From Paraspadella gotoi (Eukaryota; Animalia; Chaetognatha): a DNA stretch of 64,000 bases. The stretch covers positions 5,863,730 to 5,927,729 of the forward strand of contig CM119265.1 of assembly GCA_051294375.1 (NCBI GenBank). The letters run 5' to 3'. The first letter of the stretch is position 1; every line of letters starts with the position of its first letter. The translations under genes were made by a program, and so were the position numbers. The notes below the pieces were generated by a model. The model searched no databases and was not told the DNA's origin. It saw nothing but the letters and a program-made list of their open reading frames with translations. Shown here piece by piece: positions 1-14,139 of the stretch.

Positions 1-1463
1 AAAGTTGACGATATGTCTTCTTTCTTTCTTTCTTTTTTCTTTCTCTCTCGACTTTTTTTCTTTTTTCTCAAACGTCAGCGGCGGAGTCTTCGCTTCAATT
101 CCGTTGATGCCAGAATCACTCGTCCAAGAGAGGAATGAGGGGGGAGGGTGTGAAAGAGGAAAGATGGAGAAAGGGGGGTGAGAGGGAGAGGGGAGGAAAA
201 GAGAAAGTATGGAAAAAATGGGAGGAGGGAGAGAGGAATGTGGGTGGAGGGGTGAGAAGAAGAAAGAAAGAGAGGAAAAAGAGGAGAAAGAGTGGATAGA
301 GAAAGGAAAAAGGAAAGGGGAAAGAAAGTGGATGGAAAAAAAAAGAAGGAAAGGGAGGAAAATCAAAGAGGGGATAATCGGTGATAGGAAAAAGAAGGGA
401 AGGAGGAAAGAGGTAGAAGCAAAGAGATTAGAGNNNNNNNNNNNNNNNNNNNNNNNNNNNNNNNNNNNNNNNNNNNNNNNNNNNNNNNNNNNNNNNNNNN
501 NNNNNNNNNNNNNNNNNNNNNNNNNNNNNNNNNNNNNNNNNNNNNNNNNNNNNNNNNNNNNNNNNNNNNNNNNNNNNNNNNNNNNNNNNNNNNGAGAGAG
601 AAACCCCCTTTTCACACAAAAAATTTAAATTTTGACAGGGAAATTGAAAACCGCAATTTTTAACCGTCGTTTTGAAGAAAGGGGGAAAAAAACGGCCATT
701 TTTCCCCTACAGAAATCCAAAACTTTTTTTTCTCTTATTTTCTCTAAAAGTTTTTTTACTAAATCGTTATTTTTCGTCTCTCTTGTGTTCACACTCTCTC
801 TTTGGTTGTTTCTTTGAACTTTTGACTCCATCTTTTTATCATATCTTTAAAGTTTTTTTTTTCTGGAGATTATTTCCTTCGCGAGTTTTTTTCCTCTGTA
901 TTTTCTTGTTTCAGTTATTTAACTGTTTATTGTACGTATGTACGTACCAAAAGAAAATGGTATACACGACTTTTTTTTATTTCTTGCCGCTTAACATCTT
1001 CCTAAATCGTTAACGTTTAACACACGCGTCTCCACCCTCAGAGGGCGCGGCTGTTTTCAAGGGCAGCCATCTTGGTTTCATATCTTCGTCTTCTATCTCG
1101 CGAATTTCGTCGACTTTTTCCCCGCTGTCTTTATCTTAAAGTCTTTGTTATTAAATTATTTATTATATTCTTACCATATTATATTCATATAATACTGTTA
1201 TATTATTATTATTTTAGTATTATATTATATTATATATAATATTATATATACATTATTTCAGTAAGGCTGTCTTAATGCGGAGGCAAAGAAGGTGACTGGA
1301 TATAGAATAAAGGCCGCCCGCGGACGGCCTAACCCCCCTAAGATTAAAAGCATTTAAGCATCCCTGTCTGAGTTATAAATTAAAACTTTTTGTCACTAAA
1401 ATTATATAGTATGTGTAAATATTTTTTTTTTAATTATAAAAGTGTCACTCAATGTTAGCTCAT

Positions 1464-1513
<50 letters not shown>

Positions 1514-1624
1514 TCTCTCTCTTCTCTGCCTCTCTCCGTCTCTCATCTCTTCTCTCCCTCTCTCTCTCTCTCTCTTCTCTCTCGTCTCTCTCTCTCTCTC
1601 TTCTCTCTTTCTCTCTCATCTCTT

Positions 1625-1844
1625 CCGAAAACGCCTCACCTTCTTCCGCGGCTCGAGCGTCGATGTCGTCGTCAGCGTCGAAACCGGAAGTCGCGATCAA
1701 AGGTTAACGCCGCATTTACGACGCTACTTAAAACGTAGTTACGACGACGGCGACGACGACGGCGATGACAACGACGGAGACGATAACGATGGCGTCGAAG
1801 AGGAGGACATCGACAATACCGCCGACAAAGACGAGGACCCTCGA
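1625..1844 (+). CDS. Possible acidic exon (..LRRYLKRSYDDGDDDGDD..EEEDIDNTADKDEDPR)
   Basis: Open frame after a (CT)n tract, ending at GTAAGT (1845). It is largely (GAC)n-derived and has no clear acceptor AG. Confidence 0.25.
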
Positions 1845-3552
1845 GTAAGTTAACGCTGAGGACGACAATGACAGCGACGAACCGACAAGAAAGATGACGG
1901 AGATCACAATGACATAATGGTCTTTCACAGATCCGCCATCACAATTGTCAGTTTAATGCGGGACGTAAATGATAAAGACGACCAAAATGACCGGAGGGGT
2001 TTGCTAAAGATGACAATGATGGAGATGAAGAAGTTACAAGATAAAAAAAAAGTCGAATATTTATTTATATTTGTTTATTCATGAGAAAAACAAATATATA
2101 ATTTCTCATTTATAATTTCAAACCGTTAAACGCCGATGAAAGCTTAATTGAACTAAAAGGCAAAAAATGTCTGTTTTATTGTCAAATAGAAATCGTTGTA
2201 AATATTCAAACTTTGCCAATCTCTAATTTCTAAGCTGTACTGAATTATAGAGGAGACCTTTTCCAGGATTTTGATGGATAAATAATTGGAGTATATCTAA
2301 GACAATTTCAGTTTAATGACAACTACAGAGACGACAATGATGACGATGCTGTGGTCGACGACGACGACAACGACGACGCTTCCATCGACTCTTCGGGTCT
2401 CAAGTTCCAACGAATGAAAATGAATCGAGAAACGTGGATTCGTTTCTTCGCCTAACGACTCGAGGAACCGCAGTCTTCTCTTTCATGAAAATGAAAAAAA
2501 NNNNNNNNNNNNNNNNNNNNNNNNNAGAGAGAGATGAAAGACAAAAAGTAAGGAACAGAAAGGAGAGAAAGGGAGGAGGAGGAAAAGAAGAGAAAAGAAA
2601 AGAAACATTGGGAAAAAGGAAAGAAAAAAGTCAGAAAGGGAGGGATAGAAAAGAAAACATTGGAGAAAGGAAAGAAAAAAAGTCAGAAAAAAATGGAAAC
2701 CCGATCAGCCGGAGTAAAGGGCAAAGCAAAGAAAAACTTTGGAGCGAAGGCGAAACAAAACCAAAAAAAAAAAAAAACCCGAATACAATGGAAACAATAT
2801 TGAAGAGAAAAAAAAGGGATTGCGCGCCGATAATATATTGCGAATCTAAGCGAGAGAACAAAAGTTACTTTAAAATTTTCGTATTTTGAAAAGAGAAACA
2901 AGTTTGACGACAAGCTAATACCCACACTGATACAGATTCTTTAAACGAGTCGAATAAAATAAAAATTCGGGGTTTTTTTTTTAGAGGGAGAGAAGAGAGT
3001 GAGTTTTCTTCATCGAGAATGTACAAAAATTTTCTTAGTATAGATTTTTTTTTCTTCCTTTTTTAAAAATTTTCTTTACAAGTTTCTTTCCTGGTTTCAG
3101 AGTCTAGCGCTTCGAGCAATTTTTTTTTCTGTCGCCACAACGTTATCAATATCATTCTTTATAAAGATTTTTTCCAAAGCCCCGCCTTTCGGGTTTTAAA
3201 ATAATATGATATGTATATTTGTTGCTTTCTTTTCGTTGTGTTTTTGGGCAATTTATCAAAACCACAATTATTTGTTTACAGTAAGTTTGAGGACACCGAT
3301 AAAAAAAAATATTTTTGATAAAATTACGAATTATACTATACAATTTATTTTTCTAGGAGATTTCCTTGATAGAAAATAAATCAAATATTTTAATACGAAA
3401 ATGCACTGCGGGTTTTGTAAACTTATAGTTGGTTTAATGAACATTGTACTTTATACATTCAATGATATCGTAATTTCAATCTCGTATTTTAGTTTCACTT
3501 TCCAATTTTCACAATCGAAAATCTCGCCGCTGAGCCTCAGGCGACCTCAACC

Positions 3553-3733
3553 ACTTTCCGCTCGGTATACTTCATGGCAGAGGGCGTTGGCCAATGCCGC
3601 TTGAAGCCAAGGAGCCGCGATGCGGCGTTGGCGGCCGCCGACGTCAGCGCCATCGAGTTGAATCACGTCCGCTCGTCCTTGAGAGATGGCACCGCAGGAG
3701 GTGGGGATGGCGCCGGGGGTAAAGGTCGCGCGC
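3553..3733 (-). CDS. Frameshifted duplicate copy of the 12653-12826 exon
   Basis: Reverse complement with indels; ORF 3547..3864 shows TPGAIPTSCGAI. Confidence 0.55.
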
Positions 3734-4614
3734 CTGGGAAGGGTAAGGGATGAGAAGTGCGGCAATTTCGGTTCAAGGACAGCATAGGCCGCCATTACAA
3801 TACTTAACGAATCACATTGCCGTTTGGTAATGACGATTTTAAGTAACAAAAGGGCTCGTTTCATTACTTACATTACATTCGCATTGTAATGTAAAGTACA
3901 TTATATCAAGGCAAAGTCAGGATGCCAGAAGCTTCCTAGATGAAATATTGATATTCCTATATTGGTACGCAATTTCATTAAATAACATTACTTTACATCA
4001 CATTCTATTGTATAGGCATTATATTAAGTGGGCAAAGTTAGGAAGCCCAGATAGCCTAATTGAATAAATGTCGCATATTTCCTTTAAAGTTATATGGCGT
4101 TTAAATTAAATTTAATCAATATTTTAAATTGTGAATTAGCCGGCGAAGTCGCGATCCCGCTGTTGGGAGCACGGATTGGAGGCGGCGGGGCTGCGGGACA
4201 ATAGGTGAAAGTCCGCGAATTTCTCGCGAACGCTGGAATTTGAGGGGGGGGGGGTGAAAAAAGGGTTCGTGAAATAAATCGGGATTTCTAAGAAAGTCAT
4301 CTAAGTTGATTATTGAATATCAATCATGTCATTAATGGTGAATGATTGAGCTGAGTGATTAAAACCATTGCGATAAACTTGTAAAAGGTCATCTACTTGT
4401 AAAAACGTTTTTGATTTTATCAATAAATTTGCGTCCGAAATTGAATTTTAGGAATGCCCGACTCTGGTGACTTAATTCTCTCTGTTCAAAGTTGAAAAAA
4501 TATCTAATTGAAAAGCAAACTGGATGCGGGTGATCACATAGACATCCGGTAATGTTTATTTTCTCTCTCTCTCTCTCTCTCTCTGCTCTCTCTCGGTCTC
4601 CTCATCTCTTTCTC

Positions 4615-4666
<52 letters not shown>

Positions 4667-4892
4667 ATTGATTCGAGTGTTTTCCTCAGTATACGGCTCG
4701 CGATAAATCAAACCGAAAAACACAGCGCGACGTTGACAAGGCGACGGGAAAACAAAACAAAACTCGCAAAAAAGATGTTACCAAAAAACGGCAAAAAAAA
4801 ATGTAAGTCTCGTCCTCTGCAGATCGGGGATTTTGTAAAAAGCAGGGCCGGAGACAATGAACGTCACATAAAGCTTATAGACAGCTGTGTGT

Positions 4893-4963
<71 letters not shown>

Positions 4964-4971
4964 CGAGAGAG

Positions 4972-5172
4972 AATGAATGAAATGAATGAATGAAATGAAT
5001 GATGAATGAATTTACAGATTAGCATCATGGGCCAACAGCTCCGCGGCTATACGACCTTTTAATTATCGGTACAAAGGTTAGTAAAATTAGATGTACTAAG
5101 ATAATTAAGTAATCGGTAGCCGAAAACTGATTTTAGAAAGTTTAGAATTCCATAACTTAAAAGAGAAAAAAT
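4972..5172 (-). mobile_element. ~200-bp insert with a (CATT)n-like tail; possible 5'-truncated non-LTR retroelement or SINE end
   Basis: Interrupts a (GA)n tract; the same tract at 11320-11415, 18213-18297 and 22536-22620 has no insert. It begins with (AATG)n on the + strand. Confidence 0.45.
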
Positions 5173-7719
5173 AGAGAGAGAGAGAGAGAGAGCAGAGAGA
5201 GAGAGAGAGAGAGAGAGAAGAGAGAGAGAGCAGAGAGAGAGAGAGAAGGAGAGACGATGAGAGAGCAGAGAGACGAGAAGAGCATGAAGAGAGGCGCTGG
5301 GTGCAGTAGCGACGGCGAGCCTTCAGTAAAATTCCGCCTTCTTAATGATCCAGTTATCACCGTCCTTCGTTTGAAGTCACCAATGATTACAATTCATAAT
5401 CCTGCTTGTCTCATTCGTCTTCGTCGTCGCTCTTCGTCGTCGTCTGTTCGTCTGTTCCTAGATTCCATTTCAGTTTTCGGGCCATTTTTTAATGATCGCG
5501 TCTTGGACTGCTCTTGCTGTTTTCTTCTTTTCTACTGCATAAATAAATTACAAAATGACACACTGCAAAAAAAAAAAAAAAAAAAAACACATCACCAACA
5601 CATGTTCATCCACAGATTACTAGCCTGTGAGTGCCAAGTATTTGTTTATTAAATGAATAAATATTAATAATTTTTGTAGTTGGCTTGCTTCAACTGCGTG
5701 GAGTGGAGACAGAAAAACATTAAAAAAAGAAAAGAAATGCGTAAACCGACAACGCCCATCATGACGAAAACGACTCCACGTCGATTTTGGCAAAGGATGG
5801 GGAAAGGCTGCCGCATGGATTCATATGCCATAAAACGCAACGAGACGACGACGATGATGACTAAGAAAGCCGACGACGACCGCCGCCGCTAGGAATGGGA
5901 ACCGACCGAAACGGGGAAAGTTCGAAAATAGATAAAAAGTTGCTTAGTTGGTGCCAAGACACGTTGACGTGGCGACGACGCCCGCTGCAGACTCCGACGC
6001 GTCGGTCCGTCATCTCAAACTCATGCATTCGCCACTTCCGTCTTTCAGAACTCCGCTCGCGACTTAAAAAACTAGGGTCGCTGTTGTGGCGCAAGGAAAC
6101 CGGAGCCGGGGATAACTTTGGGCAGTGGGATGCGAAGCTGACGGTAAGATGGTGGTGGAGGGGATATTGTTGATTAGAGATACCGGCATATTTAAAAACT
6201 AATGTATTAACAACAAGAACGGTGAATTCCAATGTGTTGCGCCGCAGTGGACTTTATTTTCATGTGTATGACATACATAGTAAAACTTTTTTAGCCCTTG
6301 TATGTTATTGACATGTACTGCCGCATGAAATTTTGTCTATTTTTTATTTTTTAGTTTTAGGCATTTCCTGGAAGGCCGTGCTTACGCAGGTCACGTTAGA
6401 TTTTAGGTAGGGTTTATCTGTCCTTAACAAGCATGAACAACCCAACTATAGGCGCAAATTATTACTACCCTTTTAGACGTAAGTGGTGACACGGACGCGA
6501 AGCGGACAGGACGATACCGACGAGCGGACAGACCGAACCGAAAAGTGACTTAGAAGAGTTGTCATGAGGCTGCAGTTACGCGGCGGGCGCACTAAGAAAG
6601 CTCAAATATGATAATAAATGATGTAAGTACAAATTTCAAAAGCAAACAGCTCTGCATGTCTTCGCTGCCGCAGTAGACCGTCCAACTATGGCAAACAGTT
6701 TCAAACGTTTAATCGCTTTGTCTTCGGCATAGAAGCTCATCCATTTTCCTGCCTCGAGTCGAATCTTCAGATGAAAAGAATACACCGCGAGATAGAAGGC
6801 TTTGTTTTATTGTTTTCTTGAATAATATATTTTGGTGTGCTATAAACGTCGGAAATAAAACACTGCGAAAAGATTCATCGTAGTAGGCCTTGGCCGGCCG
6901 AAAACAAAGAAAATCCGGTCCGGCAACGGTTTTCGTGCGCGGTGTTTGGCCGGACGGATTAAGCAAATTGGTGCTTCACGAAGTTTCTGCCGCCGGGTTT
7001 GGCGCGGCAGTTTGGCCCACCCGGGTTTAGGCCGGGCGTTCGGCCGTGTTCGTAAACGTCCCTTATAAAGGAATCTGGGCGAGAAATCAGTCAACGTCGC
7101 GAAATAAATTCAGCGAAGAAGATTCTCGTTAATGTCTAATTACGAATCCTCGTGGTAGAAAATTCTTTTATGGTTAGTAAATCTCGCGTTTCCGTGATTT
7201 AATCTTTGTTTCCCTTTCCCTTCATGGCTTTCTCTCCCTCATAAATAGATCTCTTTTGGCGTTTAAAGAATTTCTGCCTTATCTTGCTCGTCCATATTCG
7301 GTCTTTTCGCTTCTCTCTCTGCTTGCCTCTCCGCTCGCGTCCGCTGCTCGCTTTATTTCCTTTGCCTCCCTCCTCGCGCTCTCGCTTTTAAAAGCATCTT
7401 ACCGACAACAATCGAGATTAGAATTTTTTTAACGTGCGACCATGAATTTTCATCAGGTAACATTTTCCCCTCTCTCTCGTGCTCAGTCTCCCTCTCCGTC
7501 TCTGCTCTCTCTCTCTCTCTCTCTCTCCTCTCTCTCGTCGTCTCTCTCGTCTTCTTTTGGAGAGGGACGGAGGGAGAGAGAGAGAGAAGCGAGAAAGACC
7601 CGAATATGGAGAGAAAGATAAGAGGAAATTAAAGCAAAAGAGATCTATTTATGAGGGAGAGAAGATGAAGGGAAAGGGAAACAAAGATTATAATCAGGAA
7701 ACCGAGATTTAAAATAGGT

Positions 7720-8940
7720 AGAGAGATGGCTCTCGTCTTCTCTCTCTTGCTCTGTCATCTCTCATCTCGCCTCGGTCATCATTGCCGCTCTCCTCTCCTC
7801 TCTCTCCTCTCTCTCTACTCTACTTTCCTCTCTTCTCTTTCTGCTCTCTCTCCTCTCTCTCTGACCTCTCAATAACTCATACATACATCATATACTACAA
7901 TCTCACGAAACCCTCAGAACAGACGGCTTCTTCGCGGGGCTCGAGCGAATCTGATGTCGTCGTCAGCAGTCGAAACCGGAGTGCGTACAAGAGATATAAC
8001 GAGACGCAATTACAAGACAGATCTACTGTAACGATAGATTATGCGACTGGCGAGACGACGGCGATGACACGCAGGGACGGTAGCGATACGAGGAGAGGAT
8101 CGACAATACCGGCCGACAAAGACCGAGGCACCCATCGAGTAATAAGCTAAACCAGCTCGAGGAGACAATGCACAGCCGACGAAACCGACAAGAAAGAATG
8201 ACGGAGATGCACAATGACATAATCGGTGCTGTTCACATGATGACCAGCTCCTCTCGATCGATTTTAATGCGCCGCCGCACCGTCAAATTGATAAAGACCG
8301 TTACCAAAATGGACCGCGAGGGCGCTTTGCTAAAGATAGACACTGATCGGAGATGAAAGAAAGTTCATTAGATAAAAAAAGTCGAAATATTATTTATCAT
8401 TTGTACTTTACTTCATAGAGACACAAAGCAAATATCATAATTTCTCAATCTTGTAATAACTTATCAAACCGTTAAACCAGCGCGATGAAGGCTTTAATGG
8501 AACTACCACAAACGGCAAAAAAATATAGATCTGTTTTTAATCTGTCAACTAGAATTCAGTTGTAAAAAATTCAATAAACTTTGCCAATACTCTAATTTCT
8601 AAAGCTCGTACTCGATTCATACGAGGAGACCGCTTTTCGCAGGATTTGATCGGATAAAATACAATTGGAGTAATATCCATAAGACAAATTTCACGCTGTA
8701 GAATTGGACAAGCCTTAGGTCAGAGCGACGCACACATGTCATAGACGATGCTGTGGGTCGACGACGGACGACCACCCCGACCGACCGCCTCTACCCACTC
8801 GACCTCTTCGCGTCCTCCAGTTCCCACAACGATGAAATGAATCGAGACAGATGGATTCGTTTTACTTCGCCATAACCGAACTCGCACGGAAGGACCGGCA
8901 GTCCCTTCTCTTCATACGAAAAATGAAAAAAAAGTAAGCA
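7720..8940 (+). repeat. Insertion-rich direct duplicate of ~1460-2500
   Basis: Shared gtcgtcgtcagc..gtcgaaaccgga, gacaagaaaga and gataaaaaaagtcgaa anchors; longer than the original because of single-base insertions. Confidence 0.93.
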
Positions 8941-10634
8941 AGAGAAGCCAGAGAAGAAGAGAGAGCAGAGAGAGAGGAGAGAGTAGAGAGCGAGAGAGAG
9001 AGAGAGAGACCCCCGAGAGAGAGAGGGAGCGCCCCCACATGTACTCTGCCTCCGCAAATTCCATGGCCATCCCCCGAGTTAAAAAAAAACTTCTAATTCG
9101 ATTGTTTTGTCGAAAGATGGTTTAAACGAGCGGCAGGACGGGAGCAGCGCTCCGAGCGAAGTGAGGAATAAGGGAGGGACGGAGGGGAGACGAGAGAGAG
9201 TAGCGAGCAAGAGCGAATGATGGAGAGAAGATAAGAGGAAATTAAGCAAAAGAGAATCCATACTTTCCCTCACGCGGAGCGAGATGAAGGGAAAAGGGCA
9301 AACAAAGATTATATTATCACGGAAACCGCGAGATTATAACTACATAAAAGAATTTGTCTCACCAACGAGGATTCGATAATTAAGACATTAACGAGAATTC
9401 TTTTCGCATTTATTTCGCGACGTTGATGCATTTCCTCGCGGCCCAGATTCCTTTCAAAGGAGACGTTTACGAAAGCACGGCCGAAACGCCCGGCCTAAAC
9501 CGGGTGGCGCCAAACGCCGCGCCAAAACCCGCGGGCAGAACACTTCGTAGACAACCAATTTGTTAATCCCGGTCGCGGCCAAAACGCCACCGGAAAACTT
9601 GCCGGACACGGATTTTCTTTTGTTTTCGGCCGGCAAGGCCTACTACGACTGAATGTTTTCGCAGTGGCTGTTTTATTTCCGAGGTTTATAAAGACAGCCA
9701 AAATATATTATTCAAAAAACAATAAAGAACAATCAGCCCTTCTATGCTCGCCGCGTTTATTCTTTTCATAGAAAGATTCGACGTCGAGCAGGAAGAATGG
9801 ATGAGTTTATGGCTCGAAGACACAAGCGGAGTTAATAACGTTTGAAATGGTTGATAAGGTTGAGCGGGTCTACGCGCGCAGCGAAGAATGGCAGAGGTTT
9901 GCTTTGAAATTTGTACTTAAATCATTTATTATCATATTTGACGCTTGTTATTGAGTGCGCAGCGCGAGTGCAGCCTCGGCTGAACATACTCTGTATAGTC
10001 GCACATTTCTCGGTTCGGTTCTTCGTCTGGGATCATCGTCCTGTGCCGTCGGTCAGTGTCCCCACTTAACGTTAAAAGGCGCTATAATAATTCTGCCTAT
10101 TAGTTGGTGCTTTTCATCGCTTGTAAGACAGACTATAAACTCCCTACCTAAAAATCTAACGTGACTTGCTGAAGCACGGCGTCTTCCAGGACAATTGCCT
10201 AAAACTAAAAGGAATAAAAAGACAAAAATTTCGATGGGCCAGTACAATGTCAATAAATAACAAGCGGCTAAAAAAGATTTTCTAGTGTCTATCATGACCA
10301 TTACGAGAAATATAAGTCCACTGAGCGCGCAACGCACGAATTGCGCAATTCACCGTTTCTTGTTGCTTATTAAGTACAATAGTTTTTAATTATGCGGCTA
10401 TCTACTTAATATACAATATCCCTCCGAACGCACCCATCACTTAAATTATTGCCGTATTCGACATCACACTTCCCGCCAATCCCACGCTGCCCTCACAAGC
10501 GTTATCCCCGGTCGGCTTTTCCTTGNNNNNNNNNNNNNNNNNNNNNNNNNCGGTTTTCCTTCGCCACAACAGCGACCCCTAGTTTTTAAGTCCGAGCGGA
10601 GTTTCGAAAGAGGAAGTGCGATGATGAGTTTGAG

Positions 10635-10845
10635 ATGACGACGACGGCGTCGGAGTCTGCAGCGGCGTCGTCGCCGTCAACGTCTTGGCACCAACTCGCA
10701 ACTTTTTATCTATTTTCGAACTTTCCCCGTTTCGGTCGGTTCCATTCCAGCGCGGGTCGTCGTCGCTTTCGTAGTCATCATCGTCGTCGTTGTCGTTTTA
10801 TGCATAATCATCGCAGCCTTTCCCCATCCTTTGCCAAAATCGACG
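10635..10845 (+). CDS. Possible upstream exon with a hydrophobic signal/anchor segment (..AVVVAFVVIIVVVVVLCIIIAAFP..)
   Basis: Hydrophobic frame ending at GTGAGT (10845-10850), on the same strand and 1.8 kb upstream of the 12653 exon. It is partly (GTC)n repeat, so it may be spurious. Confidence 0.3.
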
Positions 10846-12652
10846 TGAGTCGTTTTCGTCACGATGGCGTTTCGTTACTATTTCTTTTCTTTTTTTAATG
10901 TTTTCTTGTCACTCCACCATTCCACCGGTATGAACAAGCAACTTAAAAATTATTTAATATTTATTCATTTAATAAACAAAGCTATTGGACACTGGACAGG
11001 CTAAGTTAATTTGTTTTGGGAACTCGTGGTGTTTTTTTGTTGTTTTTTTCTTTTGAGTGTGTCGTTTGTAATTTTTTTATCAGTAGAAAAGAAGAAAACA
11101 GAAGAGCAGTCCGAAGACGATCTTAAAAAATGGCGCCGAAACTGAACATGGAATCTGAAAGGAATCAGGGACGACGACGAAGAGCGACGACGAAGACGAA
11201 TGAGAAAAGAGGATTATTGGAATTGTAACTCATTGGTGACTTCAAACGAAATGACTGGATATGAAGATTCTATTGAGAAGGCGGATTTACTGAAACGCTC
11301 GCCGTCCTACTCACCAGCGGCATCTCTCTCTCTCTATCCATCTCTCTCTCTCTCTCTGCTCTCTCTCCTCTCTCTCTCATCTCCTCTCTCTCTCTCTCTC
11401 TGCTCTCTCTCTCTCACACACACCACAGCTGTCCTTTAAGGCTTTATGCGGTCATTGTCTCCGGCTGCTTTTTACATCCGGCGATCTCGGGAGCGAGACT
11501 TACATTTTTTTCCTTTTTTTGGTCAAATCTTTTTGCCTGCGAGTTTTGTTTATTGTTTTCGCCGTCGCGCTGCTGTCAAACGTCGCGGCTGTTGTTTTTC
11601 TGGTTTGATTTATCGCGCAAGCCGTATACCTTGATGCGAGAACACTTTACTACAAATAGTGAGAGAGAAACGAAGAACGAGGAAAAGGAAAAAAGACATA
11701 GCATTAAGGGATAGTAAGACTGAGACAGCTACACGATAGAAGAGAGAAGAAGAGAGAGACTGACCTAAACCTGATGAGAGAAGATGAGAGACGACGAGAG
11801 AAGAGAGAGAAAATAAAACATTACCGGTATGTTCTATTTGGTGATCACCGCGCATCCAGTTTGATTCAATTAGCGATATTTTGTTCAACTTTACAGAACA
11901 GATGGAATTAAGTCACCAGAGTCGGATCCAAAAATCATTTCGGACGCAAATTTATGATAAAATCCAAAACGTTTTTAAAGTAGATGACCTTTTTACAAGT
12001 TTATCGCAAGTGGTTTAATCACTCACTCAATCATTCATCATTAATGAATGATTGATAATTCAATCATCAATTAATGAACTTTCTTTTTAGAAATCCCGAT
12101 TTATTCACGACCCCTTTTTTCACCCCCCCCCCTCAAATTCAGCGTTCGGAGAAATTCGCGACTTTCACCTATTGTCCCGCAGCCCCGCCGCCTCCAATCC
12201 GGTGTCCAACAGGGATCGCGACTTCGGGTAATTCACAATTTAAAATATTGAATTAAAATTTAATTTAAAAGTAATATAACTTAAAGAAATATGCGTCATT
12301 TATTCAATTAGCTATCTGGCTTCCTAACTTTGCACTAATATAATGCTATACAATAGAATGTGATGTAAAGTAATGTTATTTTTAAAATTGAAATTGGTAC
12401 CAATATAGGAATATCTATCATTTATTAGGTAAGCTTTCTGGCATCCTGACTTTGCCTTGATATAATGTACTTTACATTACAATGGAATGTAATGTTAAGT
12501 AATGTAAACGAGCCCTTTTGTACTTAAATCGTCTTAGCCCTGTTATAATGCACTTAACGTACATTACAACGGAATGTGATTGTAAGTATTGTAATGGGGC
12601 CCTATTGTCCTTGAACCGAAATGCCGACTTTCTCATCCCTTACCCTCTCCAG

Positions 12653-12826
12653 GCGCGGACCTTACCCCCGGCGCCATCCCCACCTCCTGCGGTGCCATCT
12701 TTCTCAAGGACGACGACGTGATCAACTCGATGGCGCTGACGTCGGCGCCGCCCAACGCCGAGTCGCGGCTCCTTGGCTTCAAGCGGATGGCCAACGCCCT
12801 CTGCATGAAGGATACCGAGGGAAAGG
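12653..12826 (+). CDS. Internal coding exon (174 nt, phase 1-1) of an unknown protein: ADLTPGAIPTSCGAIFLKDDDVINSMALTSAPPNAESRLLGFKRMANALCMKDTEGK
   Basis: Polypyrimidine acceptor tctcatcccttaccctctccAG at 12651-52 and donor GTGAGT at 12827. The frame is open with C/G-ending codons, and the exon is a GC-rich island in AT-rich flanks. This frame is absent from the ORF track. Confidence 0.75.
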
Positions 12827-13892
12827 GTGAGTCCGCCTGAGGCTGCAGCGCGAGATTTCGATTGTGAAATTGGAAAGTGAAATCTAAAATACGAGGATTG
12901 AAATTACGATATCATGAATGTATAAAGTACAATGTTCATTAAACCAACTATAAGTTAAAAACCCGAGTGATTTCGTATTAAAATATGATTTTATTCTATC
13001 AAGGAAATCTCCTAGAAAAATAAATTGTTAGTATTACATTCGTATTTATCAAAAATATTTTTTTATTTATGTTGTCCTCAACTATGTAAACAAAATAATT
13101 GTTTTTGATAAATTGCCCAAAACACAACGAAAAGAAAGCAACAAATATACTATATCATATTATTTAAAACCCGAAGGCGGGCTTTGGAAAATCTTTATAA
13201 AGATATTGATATTGATAACGTTGTGGCTGGACAAGAAAAAAAAATTGCTCGAAGGTAGAATCTGAAACAGGAAAGAAACTTGTAAAGAAAATTTTTAAAA
13301 AAGGAGAAAAAAAAATCTATACTAAGAAAAGTTTTGTACATTTTTCTCGATGAAGAAAACTCACTCTCTTTCTCTCCCTCTAAAAAAAAAACCCCGAATT
13401 TTTATTTTTATTCGACTCGTAAGAATTGTATCAGTGTTGGTATTAGCTTTGTCGTCAAACTTGTTTCTCTTTTCAAATACGAAAATTTTAAACGGTAACT
13501 TTGTTCTCTCGTTAGATTCGCAATATATTTATCGGGCGAATCCCTTTTTTTTTCTTCAATATTGTTTTTCCATTGTATTCGGGGTTTTTTTTTTTTTGGT
13601 TTTGTTTCGCTTCGCTCCAAAGTTTTTCTTTGCTTTGCTTTACTCGGCTTGATCGGGTTTCCATTTTTTTCTGACTTTTTTTCTTTCCTTTTCCAATGTT
13701 TTCTTTTCTTTTCTCTTCTTTTCCTCCTCCTCCCTTTTCTCTCCTTTCTGTTCTTTACTTTTGTCTTCTTCTATTTCCTTCTCAAATTGCCCCCTTTAAA
13801 ATTTATTCACTTCGTCGCCTTCACGCGGTGTAGTGTTACAGCTCCTCAGTGGCGACAGGGGCTTTGCGAGTTCCGCTCATAATTTCTGGCAA

Positions 13893-13928
<36 letters not shown>

Positions 13929-13995
13929 NNNNNNNNNNNNNNNNNNNNNNNNNAGAGAGAGATAAAAAACGGGCGACAGAGAGAGAGAAGAGAGA

Positions 13996-14044
<49 letters not shown>

Positions 14045-14139
14045 AGAGAGAGAAGAGAGAGAGAGAGAGACAGATCGAGTGAAAAGCTATAGACCCCGAA
14101 TAAAATGGATTCGGTTTCCCTCCATGTATTCCGCCTCTC

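Larger units (their letters stand above)
2526..7435 (-). repeat. Inverted duplicate of ~9080-13770
   Basis: Collinear reverse-complement matches throughout (e.g. 5370 gaagtcaccaatg / 11232 cattggtgacttc; 6080 tgttgtggcg / 10562 cgccacaaca). Confidence 0.95.

Noticed and set aside
13712-13735. PacBio SMRTbell adapter remnant (TTTTCCTCCTCCTCC)
   Set aside because: It lacks the GTTGTTGTTGTTGAGAGAGAT half and occurs in the same context in all four copies, so it is genomic.
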